Below are positions 15,696 through 26,154 of a stretch of 47,850 bases of DNA, piece by piece. The stretch comes from Bdellovibrionia bacterium (GTDB lineage Bacteria; Bdellovibrionota; UBA1018). The stretch is from contig JBGAWT010000001.1 of the NCBI GenBank assembly GCA_044227445.1, forward strand, positions 1-47,850, given 5' to 3'. The notes under the pieces are model-generated. The model was not told the origin of the DNA. It worked only from the letters and a program-made list of their open reading frames with translations, and did not search any database. The position numbers and the translations under genes are program-made. Numbering within the stretch: position 1 is the first letter of the stretch; each line of letters opens with the position of its first letter.

Positions 15696-16807
15696 TCGTC
15701 ATCCACCGAAGTACGAACGGGCGCGGGAGCATCAGGAGCCAAGCCCTGAGCGCGTAACGCCTCAGTTTGATAAAAGGTTTGAAGGGCATCGAACACGCCG
15801 TCGATCTCGCCTTCCATGATCTGCGGAAGCTGGTAGAGCGTAAGCCCAATACGGTGATCCGTAAGACGGCCCTGCGGAAAGTTATACGTCCTGATGCGCT
15901 CGCTTCGATCCCCGGTACCCACCATCGAGCGGCGAGCGTCGGTTTCGGCTTTAGCTGCCTTGGCCATCTCTTGATCAAGCAATCGAGAGCGAAGGATCTT
16001 CATCGCGCGCGCCTTGTTCTTGATCTGAGAGCGCTCGTCCTGGCACACGACGACGAGCCCTGACGGAATGTGTGTGAGGCGTACGGCGGAGTCTGTTGTG
16101 TTCACGCCCTGCCCGCCTTTGCCACCCGCGCGAAACACGTCCACTCGCAGATCCACAGGGTTGATGTTCACATCGACTTCTTCGGCCTCAGGCAAAATAG
16201 CGACCGTAACAGTCGAAGTATGAATGCGACCCTGCGCTTCGGTCTTAGGCACGCGCTGCACGCGATGCACGCCGCCTTCGTACTTCAGGCGCGAATAAAC
16301 GCCCTGACCTTGAATCTCGGCGATGATTTCCTTGAAGCCACCTAAGCCTGTTTCGCTCGCGCTGTAGAGCTCCACGCGCCAACGCCTGCGCTCCGCATAA
16401 CGCTGATAGAGCCTAAAGAGCTCACCTGCGAACAGAGCCGCCTCTTCGCCTCCGGCGCCCGCTCGAATTTCGAGCATGATGTTCTTTTCGTCGTTGGGAT
16501 CCTTAGGCAGCAGCAAGAGCTGAAGGCGTTTTTCGGAGGCCGAAAGCTCGGGCTCAAGCTCCTTGAGCTCCTCTTTAGCCATGCTCGAGATGTCTTGGTC
16601 CTTCTCGTAAACGAGCTCTTTGTTCTCGGCGATGCTCTTCTTGATCTTCTTGTAGTGAAGAAACTCGGAGACAATCTCCTGAAGGCTCGAGTGTTCCTGC
16701 GAGAGCTTGCGGAACTCCTCAGGACGTGAAGCCAGATCCGGCTCCGCCAAGCGACTTTCGATCTCAAGATAACGCTGCTCGACACTCTCGAGCCGATCAA
16801 ACATCAC
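15692..16807 (-). CDS. prfA: peptide chain release factor 1
   Basis: 371 aa with the GGQ motif (AGGKGGQGVNTTDSAVRLTH), an RF-1-type PxT region (RVQRVPKTEAQGRIHTS) and no internal frame shift, so it is not prfB. Confidence 0.95.
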   Translation of the reverse strand: MMFDRLESVEQRYLEIESRLAEPDLASRPEEFRKLSQEHSSLQEIVSEFLHYKKIKKSIAENKELVYEKDQDISSMAKEELKELEPELSASEKRLQLLLLPKDPNDEKNIMLEIRAGAGGEEAALFAGELFRLYQRYAERRRWRVELYSASETGLGGFKEIIAEIQGQGVYSRLKYEGGVHRVQRVPKTEAQGRIHTSTVTVAILPEAEEVDVNINPVDLRVDVFRAGGKGGQGVNTTDSAVRLTHIPSGLVVVCQDERSQIKNKARAMKILRSRLLDQEMAKAAKAETDARRSMVGTGDRSERIRTYNFPQGRLTDHRIGLTLYQLPQIMEGEIDGVFDALQTFYQTEALRAQGLAPDAPAPVRTSVDDE

Positions 16808-16821
16808 GGGTGTGGGCCTCT

Positions 16822-17922
16822 CTAAAGTTCGGGAAAGTCAGCGACGCCGGCGGCGACGGTCTCGAGCTCGCCCAAGGAGCGCACATGGCGGGCCTTAGCG
16901 ATGTCAGGCGATTTCTCAAGCGCCAAGACCTGCTTGAGCGAAGCGAGCGCGACCTCGAGCTGATCCGCCTCGGGTTCGCGGGTGGTTAGGTACTGAAGGG
17001 TGAGGCCCGGCCAAATCAGAAGCCGGTAAATGCCCTTGTCCATACGGACAGCGCACACCTTGATGAATTCGTAAGCCAGTCCCGAAACAGGCATCATGAG
17101 CAGGATCTTCACGCCGATGACTGCCAGGTGGTTAAGAATCGGCACATCCGAAAAATGCGTCAGCCCCGCCACCGGAAAAAGAATCGTGAACACGGCGATG
17201 GAGATCAATACCAAGAAAAGCAGGAAGCTCGTCCCGCAGCGTGGATGAAGGGTGGTGTGCTGCTTGGCGTTCTCAACCGTCAGCGATTGGCCCTTTTCGA
17301 ATGTGTAGATCACCTTGTGCTCAGCGCCGTGGTACTGGAACACGCGGCGAATGTCGGGAAGCTTTCCGATGAGCCCAACGTAGGCAAGCAGGATGGTCAT
17401 CTTGATGAATCCATCGGCGATATGAAAACGAACGTCGTCCACGGGCGCAACGAAGCTTGAGATAAAATGAGGCAGAGCTACGAACAATCCCATGGCCAAT
17501 GCAAACGCCATGGCCATCGAAGCCGCGATCGCTGCACTTGAAATCTTTTGCGGCTTGCCGCCTTCCTTGGGCGCGTCTTCGACGCCTGCGATCTCAGCTG
17601 AAAAGCTCAGCGCCTTCATCCCCTCGATCATCGATTCGATCAGAGTGACGACACCACGAAGCACAGGTTTCTTGAGGAACTTGAATCGCTCAGAGACGCT
17701 CTTAAACGCCTTGCTCTGAATGGCGATGGACTTCTCGGGATCGCGAACGGCGACGCCGATATAATGAGGCGAGCGCATCATCACGCCTTCGAGAACGGCT
17801 TGGCCTCCGATGCTCGTGTACTTGAACTCGCCCCCAGACGCGCCGCCGCCTAGATCCTCTGCTTGACGCTGCAAGCTCAGGAGAAAGTCGATCGGGAAGT
17901 AGAGCAGTTTTTGGATTTTCAT
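16822..17922 (-). CDS. DUF1385-family membrane protein (commonly linked to prfA/prmC)
   Basis: It carries GGQAVLEGVMMRSP and several TM helices. The track ORF starts at 17958, but that start abuts the rpmE terminator T-tract, so I prefer ATG 17922 (MKIQKLLYF). Confidence 0.8.
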   Translation of the reverse strand: MKIQKLLYFPIDFLLSLQRQAEDLGGGASGGEFKYTSIGGQAVLEGVMMRSPHYIGVAVRDPEKSIAIQSKAFKSVSERFKFLKKPVLRGVVTLIESMIEGMKALSFSAEIAGVEDAPKEGGKPQKISSAAIAASMAMAFALAMGLFVALPHFISSFVAPVDDVRFHIADGFIKMTILLAYVGLIGKLPDIRRVFQYHGAEHKVIYTFEKGQSLTVENAKQHTTLHPRCGTSFLLFLVLISIAVFTILFPVAGLTHFSDVPILNHLAVIGVKILLMMPVSGLAYEFIKVCAVRMDKGIYRLLIWPGLTLQYLTTREPEADQLEVALASLKQVLALEKSPDIAKARHVRSLGELETVAAGVADFPEL

Positions 17923-17963
17923 GAGCAGGCGGCCTTCTGTTGGGGAGTGTAGGCCCAAGCAGC

Positions 17964-18008
17964 CAAAAACACAAACGGACGCTTGCCGGTTTGACCCGGA
18001 GCGTCCGT
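17964..18008 (-). terminator. rho-independent terminator after rpmE
   Basis: The minus-strand RNA is ACGGACGCU-CCGG-GUCAAA-CCGG-CA-AGCGUCCGU followed by UUGUGUUUUU, giving 9+4 bp of GC-rich stem and a U-tract. Confidence 0.7.
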
Positions 18009-18033
18009 CCGAAAACTTGGAACAAGAAGCGAG

Positions 18034-18249
18034 CTACTTAGCAGCAGCGTCCTTTTTCTTGTATTTGTTCATGAAGCGCTCAACGCGGCCTTCCGTATCC
18101 ATGAGCTTGTGCTTGCCCGTGAAGAAAGGATGGCAGTTGGAGCAAATTTCCACCTTGATGGCTTCCTTGGTAGCGCGCGTCTCAATGACGTTGCCGCAGG
18201 CACAGGAAACAGTGGTCTCTACATAATACGGATGAATGGCTTGTTGCAT
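18034..18249 (-). CDS. rpmE: 50S ribosomal protein L31
   Basis: 71 aa: MQQAIHPYYVETTVSCACGNVIETRAT...ICSNCHPFFTGKHKLMDTEGRVERF. Confidence 0.95.
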   Translation of the reverse strand: MQQAIHPYYVETTVSCACGNVIETRATKEAIKVEICSNCHPFFTGKHKLMDTEGRVERFMNKYKKKDAAAK

Positions 18250-18302
18250 AAGGAGGCTTTACCTAGCAAAACCGCCCGGTTGGGGCAAGAAGAAAGGCGG
18301 GA

Positions 18303-19304
18303 TCATTCGTGGGGGTCAAAACCCTCGCTAAAGGGGACTGAGGCCGGTTCGGAGGGGGCCTGGGGCAGCTCAGGGGCCTCCTCTGAGGCCTCCACTTCGA
18401 CCTGGGCAGGTTGTGGCGCAACCGGAGCTGGGACCTCAGCCTGCTTAGGCCCATCTGGGATCCAGTAGTAGATGGACTCCGAGAACACATGGGTCGTCAG
18501 GTCGTTCACTACGAACTGCTCGCCCCCGTCCTCTCCAGAGGAGGTATTCTTGAGAGCCGAGATGATCCGCAGCTCCCGACCCCCGTTACGGACCAAGAAG
18601 TAGGTACGACGGACGTCCTTGAGGTAGGAACCCTCGAGCTTGTGCTCCCTAAAAGGAACCTGAGCACCCGCGGTGAGCTGCGTGGCTTGGTTTTCATGGT
18701 TTCGAAACAGCTCATACTCGCCCTTGGGACAGAAAATCGACGTGTCTTTGACCTTTTGCAAATAAAGCAACGGGTCGCCTGAAGCTCCCCGCCAGTCTGC
18801 CTCGTCGCTGTCGAACTGAATTGTCGCATAAGCCGAGATACCTGGGCCGATGCCACGGGCTCGCTTAGGCTTCTTGAGCACCTCAAAGGTGCTGGAATAC
18901 TTGGAGTACCGCTTCTGAGCGTCGCAATACTCGCGCTTCACGCGCTTGACGGTCTCCTTGCCTTTGAATTCTGAGCGAAACTCATCTTTGCCTTGAAAGT
19001 GAATCGGCTTGCGGCGAGGTGTGCCCTCGGGGGCGCCCGTAAAATCCATGCGATCGATATCAAGGCTCTCTTCGATCTGAGTATGAATTCGAAGCTTGTA
19101 TTGCCCGCCCGCAATCTTGACCTTGGCATTCTTGTCATGAAGGGCTGCGGCGTAGGTCTCTGCCTGCTCAAGCGTCGTGATCTGAGCAAAGTTCAGGGGC
19201 TTGTTGGAGGTGCTACCGGGCTTTCCACAGGCGTAAGCCAGGAGAACACCCGAGACGGCAACAAGCAGCGTCTTTTTGAAATGAACCCGAAACTCTCTCG
19301 ACAT
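18303..19304 (-). CDS. hypothetical lipoprotein (paralogue of 22125..23198)
   Basis: The track start at 19316 is TTG. ATG 19304 follows GGAGAGG. The N-terminus is MSREFRVHFKKTLLVAVSGVLLAYAC-G (lipobox-like). The C-terminal tail is acidic and Pro-rich. It shares blocks with the 22125 gene: LEQAETYAAALHDKNAKVK / VAEVEAYVDSLHDRTALVK; VRRTYFLVRNGGRELRIIS / VVRTYRITRAGGSEIRLLS; FSESIYYWIPDG / ISESIYTWSPTG. Confidence 0.75.
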   Translation of the reverse strand: MSREFRVHFKKTLLVAVSGVLLAYACGKPGSTSNKPLNFAQITTLEQAETYAAALHDKNAKVKIAGGQYKLRIHTQIEESLDIDRMDFTGAPEGTPRRKPIHFQGKDEFRSEFKGKETVKRVKREYCDAQKRYSKYSSTFEVLKKPKRARGIGPGISAYATIQFDSDEADWRGASGDPLLYLQKVKDTSIFCPKGEYELFRNHENQATQLTAGAQVPFREHKLEGSYLKDVRRTYFLVRNGGRELRIISALKNTSSGEDGGEQFVVNDLTTHVFSESIYYWIPDGPKQAEVPAPVAPQPAQVEVEASEEAPELPQAPSEPASVPFSEGFDPHE

Positions 19305-19427
19305 AGACCTCTCCAATGAGGGCTAAGAGCAAACAGCGTGCCCTGAATAGGTATCATCTATAGTGGCCCTAGGAGGAAAGAGCCAGAGGGTTGGGGTTAC
19401 AGGTGTCTAAAGATTAGACGCCTGGGC

Positions 19428-20675
19428 TTACCCGCTCATTCCCTTGATGAACTCTTCGTTCGTCTTGGTGTGCTGGACCTTGTCGAGCAAGAACTCCATC
19501 GCATCCAAGGTGTTCATCGGATGCAGGACTTTGCGCAGGATCCACAGGCGGTTGAGCATGTCCTTAGGCAGGAGCAGCTCTTCCTTACGCGTCGCCGACT
19601 TGTTGATGTCCAAGCATGGGAAAATACGTTTTTCCATCAGCTTGCGATCCAAGTGGATTTCGGAGTTACCCGTTCCCTTGAATTCTTCGAAGATGACTTC
19701 GTCCATGCGGGAGCCGGTGTCCACGAGCGCCGTTGCGATGATGGTGAGCGAGCCGCCTTCTTCGATGTTACGTGCGGCACCAAAGAAGCGCTTGGGCTTA
19801 TGAAGCGCATTGGAGTCCACGCCGCCGGACAAGATCTTGCCCGATGGAGGCACGACCGAGTTGTAGGCGCGCGCCAGACGTGTGATCGAGTCGAGCAAGA
19901 TCACGACGTCGTACTTGTTTTCGACCAAGCGCTTGGCTTTTTCGATGACCATTTCGGCCACTTGAACGTGGCGTGAAGCGGTTTCGTCGAACGTGGAGCT
20001 CACGACTTCGCCCTTAACCGAGCGCTGCATGTCGGTGACTTCTTCAGGGCGCTCGTCGATGAGCAACACGATGAGCTTGATCTCAGGGTGATTGTTGGTG
20101 ATGGAGTTAGCGACGTCCTGCAGAAGCACCGTTTTGCCGGCGCGAGGAGGAGCGACGATGAGGCAGCGTTGGCCCTTGCCCAGCGGAACCATCATGTCGA
20201 TGATGCGCGTGCTGTACAGAGTGGGCTGCCACTCCATATTGATCTTTTTATTGGGGTAAAGCGGCGTGAGGTTGTCGAACAACACCTTCTCGGAATTGAT
20301 CTCAGGGGTCTGGAAGTTGACTTGCTCGACCTTAAGCAGAGCGAAGTAGCGCTCGCCCTCTTTAGGAGCGCGAACCGAACCGCTGACCGTATCGCCCGTG
20401 CGCAGGCCAAAGCGGCGAATCTGCGAAGGCGAGACGTAAACGTCGTCCGGACCTGGCAAGTAGTTGTAATCAGGCGCTCTGAGGAAGCCGAAGCCGTCAG
20501 GCAGGCATTCCAAAACGCCGTCGGCGTAGATGTGCTCGTCTTTTTCGGCCTTCTTTTGAAGGACAGCGAAGATCAGGTCTTGCTTGCGAAGGCCCGCGGC
20601 ATTTTCGATGCCCAGTTCTTTGGCCATTTCGACCAGGTCGCCGATTTTCTTCTCTTTAAGCTCTTTTAAATGCAT
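19428..20675 (-). CDS. rho: transcription termination factor Rho
   Basis: 415 aa with [24 protein letters not shown], the RNA-binding region DGFGFLR, Walker A PPRAGKT and [11 protein letters not shown] long 266-nt upstream region is typical for rho. Confidence 0.95.
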   Translation of the reverse strand: MHLKELKEKKIGDLVEMAKELGIENAAGLRKQDLIFAVLQKKAEKDEHIYADGVLECLPDGFGFLRAPDYNYLPGPDDVYVSPSQIRRFGLRTGDTVSGSVRAPKEGERYFALLKVEQVNFQTPEINSEKVLFDNLTPLYPNKKINMEWQPTLYSTRIIDMMVPLGKGQRCLIVAPPRAGKTVLLQDVANSITNNHPEIKLIVLLIDERPEEVTDMQRSVKGEVVSSTFDETASRHVQVAEMVIEKAKRLVENKYDVVILLDSITRLARAYNSVVPPSGKILSGGVDSNALHKPKRFFGAARNIEEGGSLTIIATALVDTGSRMDEVIFEEFKGTGNSEIHLDRKLMEKRIFPCLDINKSATRKEELLLPKDMLNRLWILRKVLHPMNTLDAMEFLLDKVQHTKTNEEFIKGMSG

Positions 20676-20941
20676 GGATTGAATTCTCCCAAGACGTTGA
20701 TGCTAGGGGGGTGGGTTGTTGACTGAAAAACCTCTGGGTTCGCACGGAACCGACGTGAGGGATGGGTGGCTCTTATCGCGGGTTACCTGACCTGGCAAGG
20801 GGGTTTATTTGAGTCCTACCCCCTTCGACTTAGCTCAGTCCGCGGACGCTTCTGACGCATTGCAAAAACACCTTTTTCCTCAGGATTTCTCTTTTTCAAT
20901 AAAACTATTTAAAATGGATAGATAGGGGGTTCCTCAATCTC

Positions 20942-22012
20942 TTGCGCCGCAACATCACTCTTGTTCTCCTAACGGTATTCGTCTTGGGGTTTGGCGCCTT
21001 TTTTCGATTGGGCTGGTACGCCATCACACCCCTGCATCGATACTCTAACGAGACGGTCATTCTTGAAGTTCAAAAAGGCATGGGGCCTCGCGACATCACT
21101 CAAAAGCTCGAAGAGCTCAAGATCGTGGACGATAAGGACCAATTCCTCTGGTTAGGCCGCGTGTTGAGGCGTTGGGGCAAGATCAAAGCTGGCGAATATC
21201 AGCTCACCGCCTCGATGACGCCAATCGAAGTCTTCGGCCGAATCACCTCGGGCGTGAGCATGGCCTACCCGATCACCGTGCGCGAAGGCGAGAACATGTA
21301 CGAGATCGCCGACACGTTTGACGAGCGCGGACTCATGCCGCGAGCTCAGGCTTTGAGGCTGTTTAAGAGCCGCGAGATTATGCGCTCGGTTGGATTCTCT
21401 GATCCCCTACCCCTGAGCCTTGAGGGCTATCTATACCCGGAGACCTATCACTTCAGCAAAACGCAGACGCCTGAGGAAATGGTCAAGCAGATGGTAAAAC
21501 TCGCGCTGTCTCACTGGACTCCGGAGCTTCAGGCAAGCGCGCAAAAATACGGAATGAGCCGCCAAGAGGTCTTCACGCTGGCCTCGATCATCGAAAAAGA
21601 AACGGGCGCGCCCAATGATCGCCCGCTCATCAGCGCGGTTTTTCACAATCGCCTGAAGAAAAAAATGCGCCTTCAAACCGACCCCACGGTGATCTACGGA
21701 ATCTGGGAGCGCTTTGACGGCAACATCCACAAATCCACTCTCAGCGTGAAAACGCCTTACAATACCTATGTCATTCCGGCGCTTCCGATAGGACCGATCT
21801 CAAATCCGGGCGTGGCCTCCCTGCGCGCGGCGCTTCACCCAGCCGAGTCTCCTTACCTGTATTTCGTATCGCGGAACGATGGAACGACCGTGTTTAGCGC
21901 CACTTTGGTTGAGCACAACCGAGCGGTGGCCCAATTTCAGCTAGATCCCAAAGCACGTGCAGGCAAGAGCTGGCGGGACCTCAAGAAGCGCGGAGCGAGT
22001 TCGTCTAACTGA
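20942..22012 (+). CDS. mltG: endolytic murein transglycosylase MltG (YceG-like)
   Basis: 356 aa with a TTG start, an N-terminal TM helix, and the motifs LEGYLYPETY, ASIIEKET, SAVFHNRL, LQTDPTVIYG, YNTY and GPISNPG. Confidence 0.9.
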   Translation: MRRNITLVLLTVFVLGFGAFFRLGWYAITPLHRYSNETVILEVQKGMGPRDITQKLEELKIVDDKDQFLWLGRVLRRWGKIKAGEYQLTASMTPIEVFGRITSGVSMAYPITVREGENMYEIADTFDERGLMPRAQALRLFKSREIMRSVGFSDPLPLSLEGYLYPETYHFSKTQTPEEMVKQMVKLALSHWTPELQASAQKYGMSRQEVFTLASIIEKETGAPNDRPLISAVFHNRLKKKMRLQTDPTVIYGIWERFDGNIHKSTLSVKTPYNTYVIPALPIGPISNPGVASLRAALHPAESPYLYFVSRNDGTTVFSATLVEHNRAVAQFQLDPKARAGKSWRDLKKRGASSSN

Positions 22013-22124
22013 CGAACTTTTAGACACCCCTTTACCCGAAACTACATGGCCATCAGCTCAGACCCTCGCAAAATCAGCGATTTGCTGGCTCACGCTTTGC
22101 AAAGATCCCACGCGGGAGCGTGTT

Positions 22125-23198
22125 ATGGAGTCGAGCAATGGGTTGGAAAACCGCAAGTTTCGCAGTGGCTGGATCGGCGTAATACTCTTGGCTCTAGCTG
22201 GCCAGCTCTATGCGTGCGGAAGGGTCCCCAGAAAAGCTCCCGATGCTAAGGCCTTGGTCCAAGGAGCCTCTCAAAGCATCGAATCATTGAAGACTGTTGC
22301 CGAAGTCGAAGCCTATGTCGACTCCCTGCACGACCGCACGGCCTTGGTAAAAACCTCACGCAGCGGCCAATATGAGTTGGCGGAACACCGCTACTTGGCC
22401 GAAGAGTCCCTCGCAAAAACCTACCACCAGCAAACCACAGCGAAGTCCCGTCCGAAGGGTTACGAGAATACCGACCGGCACTTCGACCACGTCAAGATCT
22501 TGCGCGTCGCAAAGCCTATCAAGGGCTGGGAAAGAAAAGCGCAGATCCTCCACAAAACTTTCATTAACGAAAAGAGCGACCAAAGCACGCTTGCGGAAAA
22601 CGAGTTGATCGAAACCGGACACCGCCGCTCGATGGGATACGGAATCCCCCCGCTCAGCCTGCGCTTTGACTCCGTAAATCGCGACTGGACCGCAGGCCTC
22701 GTTGCTGAGCGGTTCAAGGGCTATGCCTTTACATATGGCCTGAAAAATGAGGAGACCAACGCCGAGTCGATCTCCTACGCGCCGTTTGAGAACGACTTCA
22801 ACACGAGCTACCTCAAGGAGCACGCCGCGCAACTCGAAACCAAAGGCGGAGTTCCTTACGACGAAGCTAAGCTCGACGACGGTCATGAGACCGCCAGCTA
22901 CGATGACGAACGCATCCAGTTTCGATACCGTGATGGATTTAAGACCGGCGTAGTGCGCACCTATCGCATCACTCGCGCGGGCGGATCCGAAATTCGCCTG
23001 CTCTCCGTCGAGGACGTATCCGGAAAATCCAACGACAGCTCGGAGTTCAGCACTGAGCAGAGCGAATTTAGCATTTCGGAATCCATCTACACCTGGTCAC
23101 CCACAGGATATGACGACGACGAGCTCGCCCCTCTTCCCGTCTTGCCCAAGAAGAAAGCTCCCGTCGTTAAACCCAAGACGAAGTCGAAAAAGCGTTGA
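22125..23198 (+). CDS. hypothetical lipoprotein (paralogue of 18303..19304)
   Basis: The track ORF 21957..23198 overlaps the end of mltG. ATG 22125 has GGGAG 8 nt upstream and gives MESSNGLENRKFRSGWIGVILLALAGQLYAC-G. The C-terminal tail is Lys-rich. The shared blocks are listed under the 18303 gene. Confidence 0.75.
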   Translation: MESSNGLENRKFRSGWIGVILLALAGQLYACGRVPRKAPDAKALVQGASQSIESLKTVAEVEAYVDSLHDRTALVKTSRSGQYELAEHRYLAEESLAKTYHQQTTAKSRPKGYENTDRHFDHVKILRVAKPIKGWERKAQILHKTFINEKSDQSTLAENELIETGHRRSMGYGIPPLSLRFDSVNRDWTAGLVAERFKGYAFTYGLKNEETNAESISYAPFENDFNTSYLKEHAAQLETKGGVPYDEAKLDDGHETASYDDERIQFRYRDGFKTGVVRTYRITRAGGSEIRLLSVEDVSGKSNDSSEFSTEQSEFSISESIYTWSPTGYDDDELAPLPVLPKKKAPVVKPKTKSKKR

Positions 23199-23231
23199 TT
23201 CGCCGCGCGCAACGTCGCATAGGGAGGTCTT

Positions 23232-24296
23232 ATGAAATCACGCTTTCGGATCCCAGCCGTCACCTTCCTGCTTGCAGCCATCAGCACCGCATCGTTTCAC
23301 GCGGGAGCTGAACCCAAATGCGATCCAAGCGCGCTTCAAAGCGAGCGATTCGAAGTTCCGCTGGCCAAGCTTCGCGACTACTTCAAGAGCGACGTAGCTC
23401 CTGAGATCGCACTTGAGAATATGATGAAGGCCGACGCACGCGGCGCATTCTTCAAAGTCGAAGGCCTGCTCAGGCTTTACAAAGAAAAGTACCCCGAGTT
23501 TGAGTACCTCCTTATAGAAGTGGTCAAACCCTTTGAAGATGCCCTAGGCCACTACGATGAGCGCGTGGAGTACCGCAAGGCTGCCGAAAAATACAAAGCC
23601 CCCCAAAAGGTCATCGACAACCTCGCCGCGCAAGAAGCGGAAGCAAAGAAAGAATTCTTAGCCTTCTACGCCAAGAACACGCACGTCATCGACAAGCTCG
23701 ATAGCGAGATCGCCAAAGTGGATTGGCGCAAAACGAAAAAAGACCGAAAAGATATCATCAAAGCTCTTCAGAGCGAGTTCGAGGATGTCGCTCAACTCAA
23801 GTACAAGATGTCAGACCTTCAGGGAGGCGTGCACGAGATGCGACGCCACCTGCGCTGGCTGCTCATTTATATCCAAGCACTCAACGGACAGATCTTGCTC
23901 AAGGATCCTGTTGGCGCTCTTAAACTTCCAGAGTACAGCTCGCTGCTGACCCATCCGATCGCAGAGGGTCCGTTTTCAAAAGTCGCTCCCAATCCAGATG
24001 TCAAGGAACCGATCTATGTTTCGCGCGAGCTCTTCTTGGCTCTCTCGCGAGTAGTGCAAGATCTTGGCGCGATCAAATCTGAGGCCGAAGCCATTGAAGC
24101 GATGGCACTGGCTTTCCGAGAAACGGGCGCCGCTCGAACCAAAGAAACCGCCCATGAAAAAGCCTCCGCCCTGGTTCGTGCGGAGCTTGCGACTAAAGGC
24201 AAAGAGCTTGTGCCTTTTGAGGAATCCGCTGGCGCGATCAAGAAGGAACTCAAGCGCACTAAGCTGCTTAAGGTCATGGCCAAGGGAATCAAGTAG
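23232..24296 (+). CDS. hypothetical secreted, mostly helical protein
   Basis: 354 aa with a GGGAGG SD and signal peptide MKSRFRIPAVTFLLAAISTASFHAGA. No domain recognised. Confidence 0.7.
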   Translation: MKSRFRIPAVTFLLAAISTASFHAGAEPKCDPSALQSERFEVPLAKLRDYFKSDVAPEIALENMMKADARGAFFKVEGLLRLYKEKYPEFEYLLIEVVKPFEDALGHYDERVEYRKAAEKYKAPQKVIDNLAAQEAEAKKEFLAFYAKNTHVIDKLDSEIAKVDWRKTKKDRKDIIKALQSEFEDVAQLKYKMSDLQGGVHEMRRHLRWLLIYIQALNGQILLKDPVGALKLPEYSSLLTHPIAEGPFSKVAPNPDVKEPIYVSRELFLALSRVVQDLGAIKSEAEAIEAMALAFRETGAARTKETAHEKASALVRAELATKGKELVPFEESAGAIKKELKRTKLLKVMAKGIK

Positions 24297-25550
24297 CTAT
24301 TCGCTTTTCGCGATCGCAACGCGAGTCAAAAGCCCCAGATGCAAGAACAGCAGCAGCGAGGAAGCTTCGATTTGAGGCCCCAGCGACCGGCCCACGAAAT
24401 CAAAGCCCGTCAGATTGATCAGGACAAAAAGCAGCCCGGGAACACCCCAGCGCAGAAAATTCTTCCATTTGCCTTTGCCCTTTACACGCACGCATTCCGC
24501 CAAAACAAGAACGGCTGCCGGAAGCGAGAACACAAAATAGGGCTTCCACACGAGGTGGGAAGGCACGATGAGCAAACCCAGCAAAACGGCGATCCACCTC
24601 AGCGGAGCGCGAAACTCCCAGGTGAGCATCCAGCCAGCCAAGATGCCTAGCGTGATGAGCGTCCACGCGTAGGACAGAAGCTGAATCGCTTGAAGCGAGA
24701 GCACCGCTCGTCCCATCGGAACTTCGGTTCCCTCGGAGATCACGTGCGTGGGACTACCGCTGAGGTAGTGATACAGCATCGCAGTGAAGCTTTGATTGTG
24801 CGATTCCTGAGGCACACCCTTTGCGATCACCGCCTGCCTCCAAGATGAGTACAGCGAGAACCCGCCGCTAAAACCCTCGAAGAAAAACGGCATCAGCACG
24901 ACCAGCGCAACGCCGATCAAAACGCCGGCCCGCTCCGTCCTAAGCTTTCCGCGCGAAAGCCCGCGCGTGACCATCCAAGGCACCGCAAGCAAGGGAACCA
25001 AAAAAACCTTAGTGACCGCTAGAATCGCGAGCAGCGCCCAAAGCATTGCTGAAACGATGCGCTTGGGATCCCGATCAAAGTGCGAAATCAGGCAAAGCAC
25101 CGCGATGCTCACCAAAAACAAATTGATCTGCCCGTATTGAAAATCGATGAGAATAGGCTTGGCTAGTAAAAGCGCGCCCGCGCACGAAACGAGCGTCGCC
25201 ATCGGTCGCGAAAACCCTGACCGCAGCTTTTCGGCCAATCGAGCCAACACCATGCCCATGCCGAGGGCTTTAGCCAGGCACCAAACTCCCAAAGCGATGG
25301 GCTTTGCCAGCGCACCAAGCGGCGCAAAAACAAACGCGAACCCTGGCGCATAGAGATAACGATCGGGGGTCGCGCGGTAGATCTCAGTTCCCCAGCCATT
25401 AAGGGCAAGCCGAAAGGCCTCGTGAAAAACGTCGAAGTCGCGCCCGCCTCGCGTGAAAGCCCAGTATGAGCCCAGCGCCGCTAACATCCCCGCGGCGACC
25501 GCCGAAACGCGAGAAGCCGAAGGAAGCCAGCGGTCTTCCCAAGCGCTCAT
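24297..25550 (-). CDS. polytopic membrane protein, DUF2029 / glycosyltransferase family 87-like
   Basis: 417 aa with about 10 or more TM helices. The N-terminal pattern RDFDVFHEAFRLALNGWGTEIY...YLYAPGFAFVFAPLG is typical of GT87/DUF2029 lipid-linked sugar transferases. Confidence 0.6.
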   Translation of the reverse strand: MSAWEDRWLPSASRVSAVAAGMLAALGSYWAFTRGGRDFDVFHEAFRLALNGWGTEIYRATPDRYLYAPGFAFVFAPLGALAKPIALGVWCLAKALGMGMVLARLAEKLRSGFSRPMATLVSCAGALLLAKPILIDFQYGQINLFLVSIAVLCLISHFDRDPKRIVSAMLWALLAILAVTKVFLVPLLAVPWMVTRGLSRGKLRTERAGVLIGVALVVLMPFFFEGFSGGFSLYSSWRQAVIAKGVPQESHNQSFTAMLYHYLSGSPTHVISEGTEVPMGRAVLSLQAIQLLSYAWTLITLGILAGWMLTWEFRAPLRWIAVLLGLLIVPSHLVWKPYFVFSLPAAVLVLAECVRVKGKGKWKNFLRWGVPGLLFVLINLTGFDFVGRSLGPQIEASSLLLFLHLGLLTRVAIAKSE

Positions 25551-26113
25551 GCGGATTGAGCCGCAAAATCAAAAAGTGGGCTTCGGTAGAGATCTTCGAT
25601 CGCAAGCAGACGCTGCTTCAAAGCAAGCTCCGGCTGTGCGGGATCGCTCGCCCCCATAAAACCGCCTAAAGAATGGGTGCTCACGACACGGTGGCAAGGA
25701 ATGAGAATCGGAAGAGGATTATTGCGAAGCGCTTGGCCGACGGCTCGATGCGCCGTTCCGCGCTGAATACGTCCGGCGACCCATCCATAAGTACGCGTCT
25801 CAGCATGCGGGATACGCGAAATCGCGAAGTAAACCTGCCTTTGAAAATCAGACCACCCGGATTGATCCAGGTGCTCCCAAGGAACCGGGCCTAAAGGACG
25901 ACCCCCCTCGAAGTAGGCTCTCAGACGGTCTGCTAGCTCCGCAACGACAACCGGAATAGGAAGGGAGGATCGAATGGGTTCCTTTTCGAAAACCCAACGA
26001 ACATGGGTAAGCTGCTCGCGATCGTTCCAGCCGATCACGACTGAGCCCGAGCGGAGTTGAATCTGCAGCTGACGAGAGCTCGATGCCATCATGAACGCGG
26101 TTGAGTTTCTCAT
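25547..26113 (-). CDS. ogt: methylated-DNA--protein-cysteine methyltransferase
   Basis: 188 aa with the active site PILIPCHRVV and TRTYGWVA upstream. It overlaps the downstream gene by 4 nt. Confidence 0.9.
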   Translation of the reverse strand: MRNSTAFMMASSSRQLQIQLRSGSVVIGWNDREQLTHVRWVFEKEPIRSSLPIPVVVAELADRLRAYFEGGRPLGPVPWEHLDQSGWSDFQRQVYFAISRIPHAETRTYGWVAGRIQRGTAHRAVGQALRNNPLPILIPCHRVVSTHSLGGFMGASDPAQPELALKQRLLAIEDLYRSPLFDFAAQSA

Positions 26114-26154
26114 TGCGAAAACGGAAATTCAATTGCTAAACCCTGGAGTGCAGT

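Noticed and set aside
19398-19421. A hairpin (aggtgtcta-aagat-tagacgcct) just downstream of rho as a terminator.
   Set aside because: The 9-bp stem includes a G-U pair and no U-tract follows on the minus strand, so the evidence is not strong enough to call.
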